A stretch of 64,000 nucleotides of DNA from an uncultured Gammaproteobacteria bacterium (GTDB lineage: Bacteria > Patescibacteriota > Microgenomatia > UBA10105 > UBA927). The notes beneath the pieces are model-generated. The model did not search any database and was not told where the DNA came from. It saw only the letters and a list, made by a program, of their open reading frames with translations. Each line of letters opens with the position of its first letter. The stretch's first letter is position 1. Shown piece by piece: positions 19,537 through 28,863 of this stretch. The position numbers were made by a program, and so were the translations under genes. The stretch spans positions 5,422 to 69,421 of the forward strand of contig CAZUOM010000007.1 of NCBI GenBank assembly GCA_964621305.1, given 5' to 3'.

Positions 19537-20516
19537 TGATGAAAAACGTATTAGTTACTGGCGGGGCAGGATATATAGGAGCGTTATTGGTGCCACAATT
19601 ACTATCCCGCGGGTACTACGTAACAGTTCTTGATTTATTCCTTTATGGAGACGCGTTGGCAAAACACAAGAATCTTACTTTGGTAAAAGGCGATATCAGT
19701 GATAGGATGGTCATCGGGGAGACCTTACCCGGCGTTGACTGCGTCATTCACCTAGCGTGCATCTCTAACGATCCGAGCTTTGAGTTGAATCCGAAATTAG
19801 GAAAGTCAGTTAATCATGACGCAACCATTCAGCTTATTGACTTAGCCAAAACGGCAAGGGTTAAGCGTTTTATATATGCTTCAAGTTCCAGCGTCTACGG
19901 CGTCAAAAAAGAAAAAGATGTAACAGAAGATTTGCCTCTTGCGCCGCTGACGGATTATTCAAAGTATAAAGCGTTGTGTGAGGAGTATGTTTTGAAAAGT
20001 CAATCAAAAAATTTTACGACAGTGGTTTTGCGACCTGCTACAGTATGTGGGTTTTCTCCCCGGATGCGGCTTGATTTAACCGTGAACATGCTTACGATAC
20101 ATGCATTGGTGAATAAAAAAATTATCGTTTTTGGCGGGTCGCAACTCCGGCCTAACATTCATATAGCTGACATGTGCCGGGCATATGAGTTATTTTTGGA
20201 AGCTCCCGGTGAGTCGATTTCAGGAAAAATATTTAACGTAGGATATCAAAATCTTACTGTTATGGAAATTGCAAAAATGGTAAAACGAGTGCTTGCGGAT
20301 CGTTCGATAAAAATTGAAGTAAAACCAACCAACGATTTGCGCTCCTATCACATTTCTTCTGAAAAAATCAAAAAAGAACTGGGGTTTGTGCCGAAACACA
20401 CGGTTGAGGAAGCAATCATGGACATAAAGAAAGCATACGATCGCGGCTTTCTGCCGGACGCATTGACTGATAAACGATACTACAATATCCAGATGATGAA
20501 GTCAGTAACACTTTAA
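19536..20516 (+). CDS. NAD-dependent epimerase/dehydratase (extended SDR)
   Basis: 'TGGAGYIG', 'SSSSVYG', 'YSKYK'. Confidence 0.9.
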   Translation: MMKNVLVTGGAGYIGALLVPQLLSRGYYVTVLDLFLYGDALAKHKNLTLVKGDISDRMVIGETLPGVDCVIHLACISNDPSFELNPKLGKSVNHDATIQLIDLAKTARVKRFIYASSSSVYGVKKEKDVTEDLPLAPLTDYSKYKALCEEYVLKSQSKNFTTVVLRPATVCGFSPRMRLDLTVNMLTIHALVNKKIIVFGGSQLRPNIHIADMCRAYELFLEAPGESISGKIFNVGYQNLTVMEIAKMVKRVLADRSIKIEVKPTNDLRSYHISSEKIKKELGFVPKHTVEEAIMDIKKAYDRGFLPDALTDKRYYNIQMMKSVTL

Positions 20517-21463
20517 TGGAGAAAAAATTGCTTTATCAGATGTTGCGGATCCGCATGGTCGAGGAGGCGATTGCTGCCGAGTACGCGAAACAAGAGATGC
20601 GCTGCCCCACCCATCTCTGTATTGGACAAGAGGCAGTAAGCGTTGGCGTTTGTTCGGCGCTCAACAAAGAGGATGCGGTATTTTCCATGCACCGCAGCCA
20701 CGGGCACTACCTTGCGCGGGGAGGGAGTCTTCCTGCGATGATTGCTGAGCTCTACGGCAAAGCCACAGGTTGCAGCGGCGGAATCGGCGGTTCCATGCAC
20801 CTCATAGACAGATCAGTGAATTTTTTGGGAGCGACACCAATCGTTGCCGGATCTATCCCTGTTGCGGTTGGAGTTGCGCTAGCTCGTTTGATGCAAAATA
20901 AGCCGGGTGTCGCTGTAGCATTTTTTGGCGATGCGGCGCTAGAGGAGGGAACTGCCCATGAAAGCATGAATTATGCTTCCTTGAAAAAATTACCGGTTCT
21001 ATTTGTCTGCGAAAACAATCTTTATTCGACATTAACGCCTCTTGCATTGAGGCAGCCAAGGAGACCTATTTTTCAGGTGGCAAAGGGACATGAAACTGCC
21101 TCTTTTCAAGATGACGGCAATGATGTTTTAGCTGTTTGGCGCGTTGCGCAAAAAGCGCTTAAATTTATTCGATCCGGCAAAGGCCCAGTATTTCTGGAGC
21201 TTCTCACATATAGGTATCTTGAGCATTGCGGTCCAAACCCCGACCCGGATTCATTTCGGTCTATCAAAGAAGTCGCAGCATGGAGGAAAAAAGATCCGGT
21301 CGAGACGTTTAAACGATATTGTTTGCAGAAAAAAATAGTGCGTAAGGACGAAATACAAACTATGAAAAACGATATTTCAAAAGAAATTGAAAAAGCATTT
21401 ATTTTTGCAAAAAGTAGTCAGTTTTTAAACCTCAAACGCCTGGAGGATTTTGTCTATGCGTAA
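20516..21463 (+). CDS. TPP-dependent dehydrogenase E1 alpha-like subunit
   Basis: 'HLCIGQEA', 'HRSHGH', 'GGSMH', TPP motif 'GDA…ENN'. Confidence 0.9.
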   Translation: MEKKLLYQMLRIRMVEEAIAAEYAKQEMRCPTHLCIGQEAVSVGVCSALNKEDAVFSMHRSHGHYLARGGSLPAMIAELYGKATGCSGGIGGSMHLIDRSVNFLGATPIVAGSIPVAVGVALARLMQNKPGVAVAFFGDAALEEGTAHESMNYASLKKLPVLFVCENNLYSTLTPLALRQPRRPIFQVAKGHETASFQDDGNDVLAVWRVAQKALKFIRSGKGPVFLELLTYRYLEHCGPNPDPDSFRSIKEVAAWRKKDPVETFKRYCLQKKIVRKDEIQTMKNDISKEIEKAFIFAKSSQFLNLKRLEDFVYA

Positions 21464-22529
21464 TTACAGAACCATTTCCTACGCTCAAGCTATCAAGGAT
21501 GCTCAGGAGCTAGCCCTCTCTCGTGACCCGTCGGTTTTTGTGATTGGCGAGGGAGTGCCGGATCCAAAAGGGATATTTGGGACTACAGTGGGACTGGCGG
21601 AAAAATTTCCGGCAAGAGTCTTAGACATGCCGGTTTCTGAAAATGGCATGACGGGTATTTGCATCGGAGCGGCTATTTCCGGTATGCGGCCGATCTTAGT
21701 TCACCAACGAATGGATTTTACGCTGTACTCTTTTGATCAAATAGTCAACAACGCCGCCAAGTGGTATTTTATGTTCGGCGGACAAGAGCCCGTACCGATG
21801 GTTATACGAATGATAATCGGCCGCGGTTGGGGACCAGGGCCGCAGCATTCGCAGAGTCTTCAAGCGCTCTTCGGTCATATTCCGGGATTAAAAGTTGTGA
21901 TGCCGGCAACAGTTTTTGATGCCAAAGGGCTCTTTATTTCGGCAATTGAAGACAACAACCCTGTAATTTTTATTGAGCATCGGTGGCTTCACAATTTGAC
22001 TGGCAACGTTCCAAAAGGATATTACACTGTGCCAATCGGTAAAGCCAAAGTTATTAAAAAAGGAACAGATATCACAATTGTTGCCACATCGTTTATGCTA
22101 ATTGAAACTTTGCGGATTGGTGCTGTTCTGGAGGAAAACGGGGTTTCAGCTGAAATTGTTGACGTTCGATCTATACGACCGTTTGATAGTAAAACTATTC
22201 TAACATCGGTTGCAAAAACCAGGCGACTCATCGTTTCTGATACTGGCTGGAAAACATTAGGGTTTGCCGCAGAGGTTTTGGCGCAGGTTACTGAAAGTGG
22301 CATTACGCTTAAGAATGCGGCTCAGCGCATTACCATCCCGGATATGCCTACCCCAACAAGCTGGAAACTGGCAGCGGACTATTATCCGACGAGCGTTGAC
22401 ATTTTGCGCGCCGGTTTACTAATGTGTGAAAAGACTACCAAAACAACGAACCAAATTGTCAAAGCATACAAAACAGCGATTAAAGGTTTTCCTGATCAGC
22501 CGGACCCGACCTTTACAGGACCGTTTTGA
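21456..22529 (+). CDS. TPP-dependent dehydrogenase E1 beta-like subunit
   Basis: 'DMPVSE', 'GPQHSQS', 'NPVIFIEH'; ATG 21456 preceded by GGAGG. Confidence 0.9.
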   Translation: MRNYRTISYAQAIKDAQELALSRDPSVFVIGEGVPDPKGIFGTTVGLAEKFPARVLDMPVSENGMTGICIGAAISGMRPILVHQRMDFTLYSFDQIVNNAAKWYFMFGGQEPVPMVIRMIIGRGWGPGPQHSQSLQALFGHIPGLKVVMPATVFDAKGLFISAIEDNNPVIFIEHRWLHNLTGNVPKGYYTVPIGKAKVIKKGTDITIVATSFMLIETLRIGAVLEENGVSAEIVDVRSIRPFDSKTILTSVAKTRRLIVSDTGWKTLGFAAEVLAQVTESGITLKNAAQRITIPDMPTPTSWKLAADYYPTSVDILRAGLLMCEKTTKTTNQIVKAYKTAIKGFPDQPDPTFTGPF

Positions 22530-22531
22530 GT

Positions 22532-23641
22532 ATGAAAGTTCCATACGTATATTTGCGAAAACAGTTTGCCAAGCCAGGAAGCTATCTGCGAGATCTAGAG
22601 AAAATTGCCAAACGGGGTGATTTTACACTAGGGAGGGAGGTCAGACTATTTGAAAAGCGTGCAGCCTCTCTTCTGGGCGCCAAATTTGCAATTGGGGTTG
22701 GAAACGGCACCGACGCATTATATTTATCGCTCAAAGCTTTAGGTATTGGTCCGGACGACGAAGTAATAACTGCTCCCAACAGTTTTGTTGCAACGGCAGC
22801 GGCAATTGCTCTCACCGGCGCGAGGCCGGTGTTCGCGGATGTTCTCGACGATTACACGATCGACCCAGCGCTTATAGAAAAAGCCGTTACTAAAAAAAGT
22901 AAAATAATAATTCCGGTTCACCTGACCGGCCAGCCCTGCGACATGGGGTCAATCATGGCGATTGCCCAAAAGTACAACCTTTTTGTCGTTGAAGACGCAG
23001 CGCAAGCTTTTTTGGCTAAATACGATGGGAAATATTTGGGCACATTAGGTACGACCGGAGCTTTTAGTTTTCACCCTTTGAAAATACTCCACGTATGGGG
23101 AGACGGAGGGCTTATCGTCACAAATGACGAGAAAGTAGCTGTGAAACTAAGGCTCTGGCGCAATCACGGATTGAAAACTAGGAACGAAGTTGAGTTTTTT
23201 GCCAACAACAGTAGGCTTGATACCATCCACGCGGCAATTGCCCTGCGCATGCTTGGGCAGTTGCCGGGCATTGTGAAAAAACGCCAGCAGATTGCGGCAG
23301 AATACGACCGCTTGATTAAAGATCTTGCGCCACACGTTCGTCTGCCGGCCCGCACAATTTCCCAAAAACCAATTGCGCATACCTTCACCAACTACGTTGT
23401 AATGTGCGCAAGGCGCGACGAGCTTATTGCGTTTCTTGCCAAAAAAGGCATTGAAGCGGTAGTCCAGTATCCGACACCCATACACCTGCTGAAAGCAGCC
23501 CGCTATTTGGGATATAAAAAGGGAGATTTCCCCGTCTGCGAGAAGCAGGCCGATACCATCGTCACTTTCCCGTGTAACCAGTACATGACTACAAGAGATG
23601 TAGAGCATGTGGCCCATGCGATAAAAGAATTTTATGACTAA
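22532..23641 (+). CDS. DegT/DnrJ family aminotransferase
   Basis: 'NGTDAL', 'VEDAAQA', 'SFHPLKILHVWGDGG'. Confidence 0.9.
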   Translation: MKVPYVYLRKQFAKPGSYLRDLEKIAKRGDFTLGREVRLFEKRAASLLGAKFAIGVGNGTDALYLSLKALGIGPDDEVITAPNSFVATAAAIALTGARPVFADVLDDYTIDPALIEKAVTKKSKIIIPVHLTGQPCDMGSIMAIAQKYNLFVVEDAAQAFLAKYDGKYLGTLGTTGAFSFHPLKILHVWGDGGLIVTNDEKVAVKLRLWRNHGLKTRNEVEFFANNSRLDTIHAAIALRMLGQLPGIVKKRQQIAAEYDRLIKDLAPHVRLPARTISQKPIAHTFTNYVVMCARRDELIAFLAKKGIEAVVQYPTPIHLLKAARYLGYKKGDFPVCEKQADTIVTFPCNQYMTTRDVEHVAHAIKEFYD

Positions 23642-24335
23642 CGCAGTTACAGTAATCATGCCAGCGTTTAATGAGGAAAAAAATCTTGCTACGGCTGTTG
23701 CTAGCGCAACCAGAATTCTAAAAAAGACAGTTGAAGACCGCGAAATTATCATCATCGATGACGGATCAAAAGATGCGACTGGTCACGTTGCAGAAATTCT
23801 CGCCAAAAAAGATTCTCATATCCGGCTGATCCACAACAAAAAAAACATGGGATTAGGTAGCGGCCTGCGGCAGGGCATCAAGGCCGCACGCAAAACATAT
23901 GTGACACTATATCCGAGCGACAACGAAATGGATGCACAATCATTTCGGGATCTCGTTACTGCACGACACAAAGCAGACCTCGTAAGCTCATACACCGCCA
24001 ACCCCGAGGATCGGCCGTGGGTGCGACGGCTGATATCATCGTCGTTTGTGTTTTTGATCAATATATTGTTTGGATTGCGGCTTAGGTACTATACCGGGCC
24101 GTTTATCGCCAAAACCAAGTTATTGCAGAAAATTAAACTCGCTTCCGACGGCGTGACTCTTCTTGCGGAACTCAAAATCAGACTGCTCGCCCGGGGAGCG
24201 AGTTTTTCAGAAATTCCGTTTTTTTTTCGACAGAGACGATATGGAAAGGCAACGCTTTTTCGTTGGAAAACTGTACATCAAACTTTATTTACCCTATCCG
24301 TTCTTTTCCATGATAAACTTCTGGGGCGGCTATGA
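23634..24335 (+). CDS. GT2 glycosyltransferase
   Basis: 'MPAFNEE', 'IIIDDGSKD', 'NMGLG'. Confidence 0.85.
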   Translation: MTNAVTVIMPAFNEEKNLATAVASATRILKKTVEDREIIIIDDGSKDATGHVAEILAKKDSHIRLIHNKKNMGLGSGLRQGIKAARKTYVTLYPSDNEMDAQSFRDLVTARHKADLVSSYTANPEDRPWVRRLISSSFVFLINILFGLRLRYYTGPFIAKTKLLQKIKLASDGVTLLAELKIRLLARGASFSEIPFFFRQRRYGKATLFRWKTVHQTLFTLSVLFHDKLLGRL

Positions 24336-24814
24336 TAAGTCTCATTTTGTCACTAGCGGTTTTTACGGTATTTTTCTTTCTTCATGTCATCATCCACCGC
24401 GTTTCTGCGGGTTTCGGGTTGGTGCAAATCGTGTATGCAACAGTTTTTCTGGCCGGGTTTATAATTCTGGTTTTGGTAACTAGGACTATGCCACTGCCTG
24501 TTGCTGCCGCGTTTTTATATATTTTGTTGGTCGCAAGCCACTTTTTATTTTTCTTCAGTTTTTATTTTGAAGGCGAAAGTCCGTCAGTTGGTCTCATGAC
24601 AATCTTAAAAGTTCGCGGCCCATTAAAAGAAAGTCAGCTTCACGAGTATTTTTCAGAAGAGGCATTATTTGGTAATCGGTTGAAGATGCTTGCTGATGCC
24701 GGATATATAGAGATAAGAGATGACCGCTACATAATAACTAAGAAAGGAAAAATCTTTGCAGGGTTGTTTGAAAATTACAGAAGACTTCTCCGTTGGGATA
24801 AAGGTGGATTATGA
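24332..24814 (+). CDS. Small membrane protein with possible C-terminal winged-helix-like domain
   Basis: Three hydrophobic segments then 'RLKMLADAGYIEIRDDRYIITKKGK'; ATGA-coupled. Confidence 0.6.
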   Translation: MISLILSLAVFTVFFFLHVIIHRVSAGFGLVQIVYATVFLAGFIILVLVTRTMPLPVAAAFLYILLVASHFLFFFSFYFEGESPSVGLMTILKVRGPLKESQLHEYFSEEALFGNRLKMLADAGYIEIRDDRYIITKKGKIFAGLFENYRRLLRWDKGGL

Positions 24815-25320
24815 ATCTCGTGGATTTTCAAATTGTGTCAACGGCAGCGGTTGCATTTTTGGTATTTGTCGCCTGCCAAATATTGGTGTTTCGGAGAATT
24901 GATCATCGTATGGCTGTTGTCTGGTTTATCCGTATATTAGCCTCGGTCGGAATTTTACTTTTCACTGCAAACGCCCTGTACGGGTCGCTGTTTGCCGGAT
25001 TTTTTGCATTTATTCTGTACATGGTTGCCAGCTGCGCGTACTTTATGGGTGTATTTGGACTTCTTGCTACGTCCGTACGCATCCGACTGCTTTGTGAAGT
25101 TGCTGCGGCAGGAGAGCAGGGGGTTACCTGGGATCAACTACTGCGAAAGTATAACAAACGGATGATCATTAAAAAGCGCCTGGAGCGGTTTGTAGCAAGC
25201 GGAGAGGTGGTTTTGCGAGATCGGAAATATTACATAAAAGAAGGGCTTACTTTTTTTCGCCTGCCGACTATCCTACTATCCCTGATGAAGACTATATGCG
25301 GAGTTTCAATAAGTAAATAA
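24811..25320 (+). CDS. Small membrane protein, architecture like 24332..24814
   Basis: Three TM then 'KKRLERFVASGEVVLRDRKYYI'; ATGA-coupled. Confidence 0.6.
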   Translation: MNLVDFQIVSTAAVAFLVFVACQILVFRRIDHRMAVVWFIRILASVGILLFTANALYGSLFAGFFAFILYMVASCAYFMGVFGLLATSVRIRLLCEVAAAGEQGVTWDQLLRKYNKRMIIKKRLERFVASGEVVLRDRKYYIKEGLTFFRLPTILLSLMKTICGVSISK

Positions 25321-25326
25321 TCGCGC

Positions 25327-26490
25327 ATGAAAAAAAATAAACGTTTTTTTATTATCCTTTTTGTTTTAGGATTTATTTTTCGGTTGTTTCTAGCCTTACA
25401 AGCCTACGATACTCTAGTTTTTGATGCCAAAGGATATTCTGATTTTGCGATTGACTTCCTCAATGGAAAGCCGGCAATAGACTGCTGTGCAAAAAATGTT
25501 GGGTACGGCGCATTTCTTGCTCTTGTCTATAAACTTTTTGGTGTTGAAAATATAGTCGCCGTTAGACTCGTACACATCATTATTGATCTTGTAACCGCGG
25601 GCATGATATATAAAATTGCCCTGCGCATTTTTTCTAAAAAGGCAGCAATATTTTCCATCATACTGTATCTTTTCAACCCCTTTACTAGTGCATTTACCGG
25701 ACTTGTGATGGCAGAGACGGTTTCTATATTTCTTGTTGTTGCTCTCTTATTTTTCCTGACTAGAGCCTCGTTCCCGAGCGACAAAAAGTTGTGGTTTGTA
25801 TTTGGGATAGCGGCAGGGGCGCTCCTTTTTACTAGACATTCGTTTTACTATTTTCTTCCCTTATTATTAGTTGTACTGACTATGCTGGTAGGCAACATTC
25901 GATTTTTGCCGATTGCGGGCGCTGGGTTTTTGCTTGCATCTTCTTATTCACTGATTGTTTATTATAAAACTTTTGGTAAACTGTCTCTTGTCCCTCCGTA
26001 TAACCTGAAATACGAAATTATTTATCTAAATTTCTGGCGGTGGCACTACCCGGAGGTGGAATTTAAGGGAGAACTTGCCGAGTATCGACAGGTTGTCCAG
26101 GGATATTGGAATACGCCTCTGGAGGGCAAAGCCAGCCATTCGGAAAAATACAAGCAGCTGCTTTTATCACGGCTTCCAAAAGAGTGGCCAACTTTTATTT
26201 CTAACATCGCCGTCAATATCATTTGGCTTTGGGATAAAGATCATCTTTATACATATGTGGACCCCTTTTATCCAGCCGACCGTTGGCCCTTGCGGATTAT
26301 AAATGTCGCGCTCATATTGCTTTGGGCAGTCGGGATGATCAAAGGGGCGCGCAAAGAGCCGGTGTTTCTTTTTTCTGTACTTTTATTTTTCTATATTACG
26401 TTTCTTTTTTCGCTTCTTTCAAATGAGAGCAGACACACGTTGGTATATTATCCTATATTGAGCTTATGGGCGGGGAGGGCGTTTGCATGA
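25327..26490 (+). CDS. GT-C (PMT/ArnT-like) membrane glycosyltransferase
   Basis: 'FDAKGY', 'GYGAFL', 'LFNPFT…MAE', C-terminal 'ESRH'; paralog of 28860. Confidence 0.75.
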   Translation: MKKNKRFFIILFVLGFIFRLFLALQAYDTLVFDAKGYSDFAIDFLNGKPAIDCCAKNVGYGAFLALVYKLFGVENIVAVRLVHIIIDLVTAGMIYKIALRIFSKKAAIFSIILYLFNPFTSAFTGLVMAETVSIFLVVALLFFLTRASFPSDKKLWFVFGIAAGALLFTRHSFYYFLPLLLVVLTMLVGNIRFLPIAGAGFLLASSYSLIVYYKTFGKLSLVPPYNLKYEIIYLNFWRWHYPEVEFKGELAEYRQVVQGYWNTPLEGKASHSEKYKQLLLSRLPKEWPTFISNIAVNIIWLWDKDHLYTYVDPFYPADRWPLRIINVALILLWAVGMIKGARKEPVFLFSVLLFFYITFLFSLLSNESRHTLVYYPILSLWAGRAFA

Positions 26491-27419
26491 ACGCTGTCGT
26501 TACCGGAGCCGCCGGATTTATCGGCAGCCACTTGGTGGAGCGGCTTTTGGCTGATAGGCACCGCGTGACTGGCCTAGACGTGGCAGGAAAGCATAGCGTA
26601 GACCTCTCACAAGAAAATAATTTGGAAAAGTACTTCCGGCGGGTCGATTGGGTGTTTCACTTGGCCGGCTATTCCGACATCGTCCCGTCGATCCTTCGTC
26701 CCGCCGAGTACACCCAAGCTAACGTCACGGCAACTGTCAATGTGCTCGAGGCCTGCCGCAAGGCAAAGGTGGCTAAGTTCATATATTTAGCCTCATCAAC
26801 CTGCTACGGCAAGAATCCTCCGGTTCCAACTCCAGAAACGGCACCCATTGCGACGCAGTTTCCCTACGCGTTAACTAAGTACATCGGAGAGCTCTATGCA
26901 CTTCACTGGGCGAAAGTTTATAAATTACCGGTTATCAGTTTGCGACTTTTTAATGTCTACGGTCCCAGGAGCCGTGCATCAGGCGAATACGGCCCTGTTT
27001 TTAGCACGTTCATGGCCCAGAAACTTCATGGAAAACCTCTGACGGTTGTAGGAGACGGCAGTCAGAAGAGGGATTTTGTTTTTGTAGCTGATGTAGTCGA
27101 GGCGATTATTCTTGCCGCTAAATCAAAAATTGTTGGCGAGATTTTTAATGTAGGCACCGGAAAGCCTCACACGGTTAATGAACTTGTTAAACTTCTTGGT
27201 GGTCCGGTTGTTCATATTCCCAAGCGCCCCGGGGAACCCTCGGCAACGCATGCAGATATTACCAAAATTAAAAAATTTCTCGGTTGGGGGCCGAAAGTTT
27301 CGTTTGAGGAAGGAGTAAAAATAGTCCTTGAGCACATCAATGACTGGAAAGATGCTCCTGTCTGGACACCGGCGACCATCAAAAAGGCGACTAAAGAGTG
27401 GTTTAAATTTTTGACCTGA
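26487..27419 (+). CDS. NAD-dependent epimerase/dehydratase (UDP-glucose 4-epimerase-like)
   Basis: 'TGAAGFIGSH', 'YALTK', 'FNVYGPR', 'GDGSQKRDF'; ATGA overlap at 26487. Confidence 0.9.
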   Translation: MNAVVTGAAGFIGSHLVERLLADRHRVTGLDVAGKHSVDLSQENNLEKYFRRVDWVFHLAGYSDIVPSILRPAEYTQANVTATVNVLEACRKAKVAKFIYLASSTCYGKNPPVPTPETAPIATQFPYALTKYIGELYALHWAKVYKLPVISLRLFNVYGPRSRASGEYGPVFSTFMAQKLHGKPLTVVGDGSQKRDFVFVADVVEAIILAAKSKIVGEIFNVGTGKPHTVNELVKLLGGPVVHIPKRPGEPSATHADITKIKKFLGWGPKVSFEEGVKIVLEHINDWKDAPVWTPATIKKATKEWFKFLT

Positions 27420-27426
27420 ATTTTAC

Positions 27427-28194
27427 ATGACTATCAAAATTTTACAGCTCAATATAGAAAAAGGCAGATTTTTGGATGCGGTTGTCGGTTATATAAGACG
27501 ACATTTGTTTGACATCGTGTGCCTCCAGGAAGTGGCTGGGGGAAGGCTGGCCTCCCAAGGCAAAAACTGTTACGAAACAATTACCGCCTTCACGGGTATG
27601 CACGGGGAGCTTGCCGTGTACCTGAACATCAAAGGCGACACATCTTCGTTTATCGGCAACGCGACGTTGTTTCGGAATGAATTGCACTTGGCTTTCAGTC
27701 ATACGATATGGCTTAAACCATACCAGGAAAAGCCGGATCCTAAGTCCATTGATTTTCGTAACGTTGCACGTTGTGCGTTGGCAACCATCCTAACGCGCGG
27801 TGGTAAGGAGATCCTCGTCGTCAACACGCATCTGGCGTGGGGGCCGACCCCCAACGATGCGCTGTATAAGCGCAACCAAGCAGAAAAATTATACAGATGG
27901 ATCAAAAGGAATATGAACGTACCGTTTCTTTTGAGTGGAGATTTTAACCTCAATCCGCAAACAAAAATTGTAACATCGTTCAGTAGCCTTGGTGTCAATT
28001 TGACGAAGAAGTATCGTATTACCAATACTCTCAACCCCAGGTTCCACTACGCCAAAAACTTGTTCCCATCCGGTCTGCCGGTAGACTATATCATCGCCGA
28101 CCGGCGCCTCAAGGTCAATGAGTTTTACGTAGAAGAAAAAGCTGATCTCTCCGATCACTACGGCCTGGTCGCGGAAATTTGCATTGACAAATGA
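27427..28194 (+). CDS. Endonuclease/exonuclease/phosphatase (EEP) family protein
   Basis: 'LQLN', 'CLQE', 'NTH', 'GDFN', 'VDYI', 'SDH'. Confidence 0.85.
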   Translation: MTIKILQLNIEKGRFLDAVVGYIRRHLFDIVCLQEVAGGRLASQGKNCYETITAFTGMHGELAVYLNIKGDTSSFIGNATLFRNELHLAFSHTIWLKPYQEKPDPKSIDFRNVARCALATILTRGGKEILVVNTHLAWGPTPNDALYKRNQAEKLYRWIKRNMNVPFLLSGDFNLNPQTKIVTSFSSLGVNLTKKYRITNTLNPRFHYAKNLFPSGLPVDYIIADRRLKVNEFYVEEKADLSDHYGLVAEICIDK

Positions 28195-28212
28195 CTCTCA
28201 TTGTCATAGAAT
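28184..28212 (+). promoter_or_regulatory. Sigma70 promoter TTGACA-17-TAGAAT with overlapping palindrome (putative TA operator)
   Basis: TTGACA 28184-28189, TAGAAT 28207-28212; TGACA-A-ATGA-CTC-TCAT-TGTCA inverted repeat; ATG 10 nt downstream. Confidence 0.75.
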
Positions 28213-28222
28213 TGGTATTGCT

Positions 28223-28453
28223 ATGGATGTAATCGCTACCATCACGCCCAAGTTTCAGATCCACATCCCGGTCGCAATTCGAAAAAAGGCCGGATTTACG
28301 CAGCACGGGCTTGTGCGGATGCGCGCGGACAGGGGCAGGATCGTTATCGAAAAAAGGAAAGGGAAGAGCATCTTAGATCTTGCAGGCGCATTCCGAGTAA
28401 AAAATCCCATTCCGGCCGATAAAATACGGGACTACATTGACTATTCTCGATGA
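28223..28453 (+). CDS. AbrB/MazE/SpoVT-type antitoxin
   Basis: 'TITPKFQIHIPVAIRKK' AbrB motif; directly upstream of PIN gene. Confidence 0.85.
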   Translation: MDVIATITPKFQIHIPVAIRKKAGFTQHGLVRMRADRGRIVIEKRKGKSILDLAGAFRVKNPIPADKIRDYIDYSR

Positions 28454-28863
28454 AAATATTCTTAGATACGAACGTCTTTGTCCGATTCTTCATGCCGGAG
28501 GACGAACAGACGCATGTGGTAGTCCGATCGGTTATCGACCTCTGCGCGACGGGAGGGTTTCGACCATACACGTCCTCTTTCGTGCTTTTGGAATGCTCCT
28601 TTGTGCTTGGCCGTATCTATAGTTTCCCCGATGATCGCGTGCAGGACTGTCTTGAGAAAATTATTGCAACGCGTAACATGACGGTTGTGGATACGTGTGA
28701 TAGCAAAAAAGCCTTGGCCTTGTGGAAGAAAACGCGCGTAAAGTTTACTGACTGCCTCATCGCGACCCAAGTGCCGCAGGGCGTGACCATCGTCACGTAC
28801 GACCGCGATTTTGCCAAACTCCCGGTGAAAGCGAAAACACCCAAGGAAGTTCTCGGATCATGA
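28450..28863 (+). CDS. PIN-domain (VapC-like) toxin
   Basis: 'FLDTNVFVR', 'LLE', 'FTDCLI', 'TYDRDF'. Confidence 0.9.
   Translation: MKIFLDTNVFVRFFMPEDEQTHVVVRSVIDLCATGGFRPYTSSFVLLECSFVLGRIYSFPDDRVQDCLEKIIATRNMTVVDTCDSKKALALWKKTRVKFTDCLIATQVPQGVTIVTYDRDFAKLPVKAKTPKEVLGS

Noticed and set aside
20516-22529. Housekeeping pyruvate dehydrogenase (pdhA/pdhB)
   Set aside because: No E2/E3 adjacent and the pair is coupled to sugar-pathway genes, so no symbol was assigned
23147-23755. Long antisense or alternate-frame ORFs (also 1971-2498, 28617-29168, 49912-50505, 55414-56007)
   Set aside because: They overlap well-supported genes and show no recognisable motifs; treated as shadow ORFs
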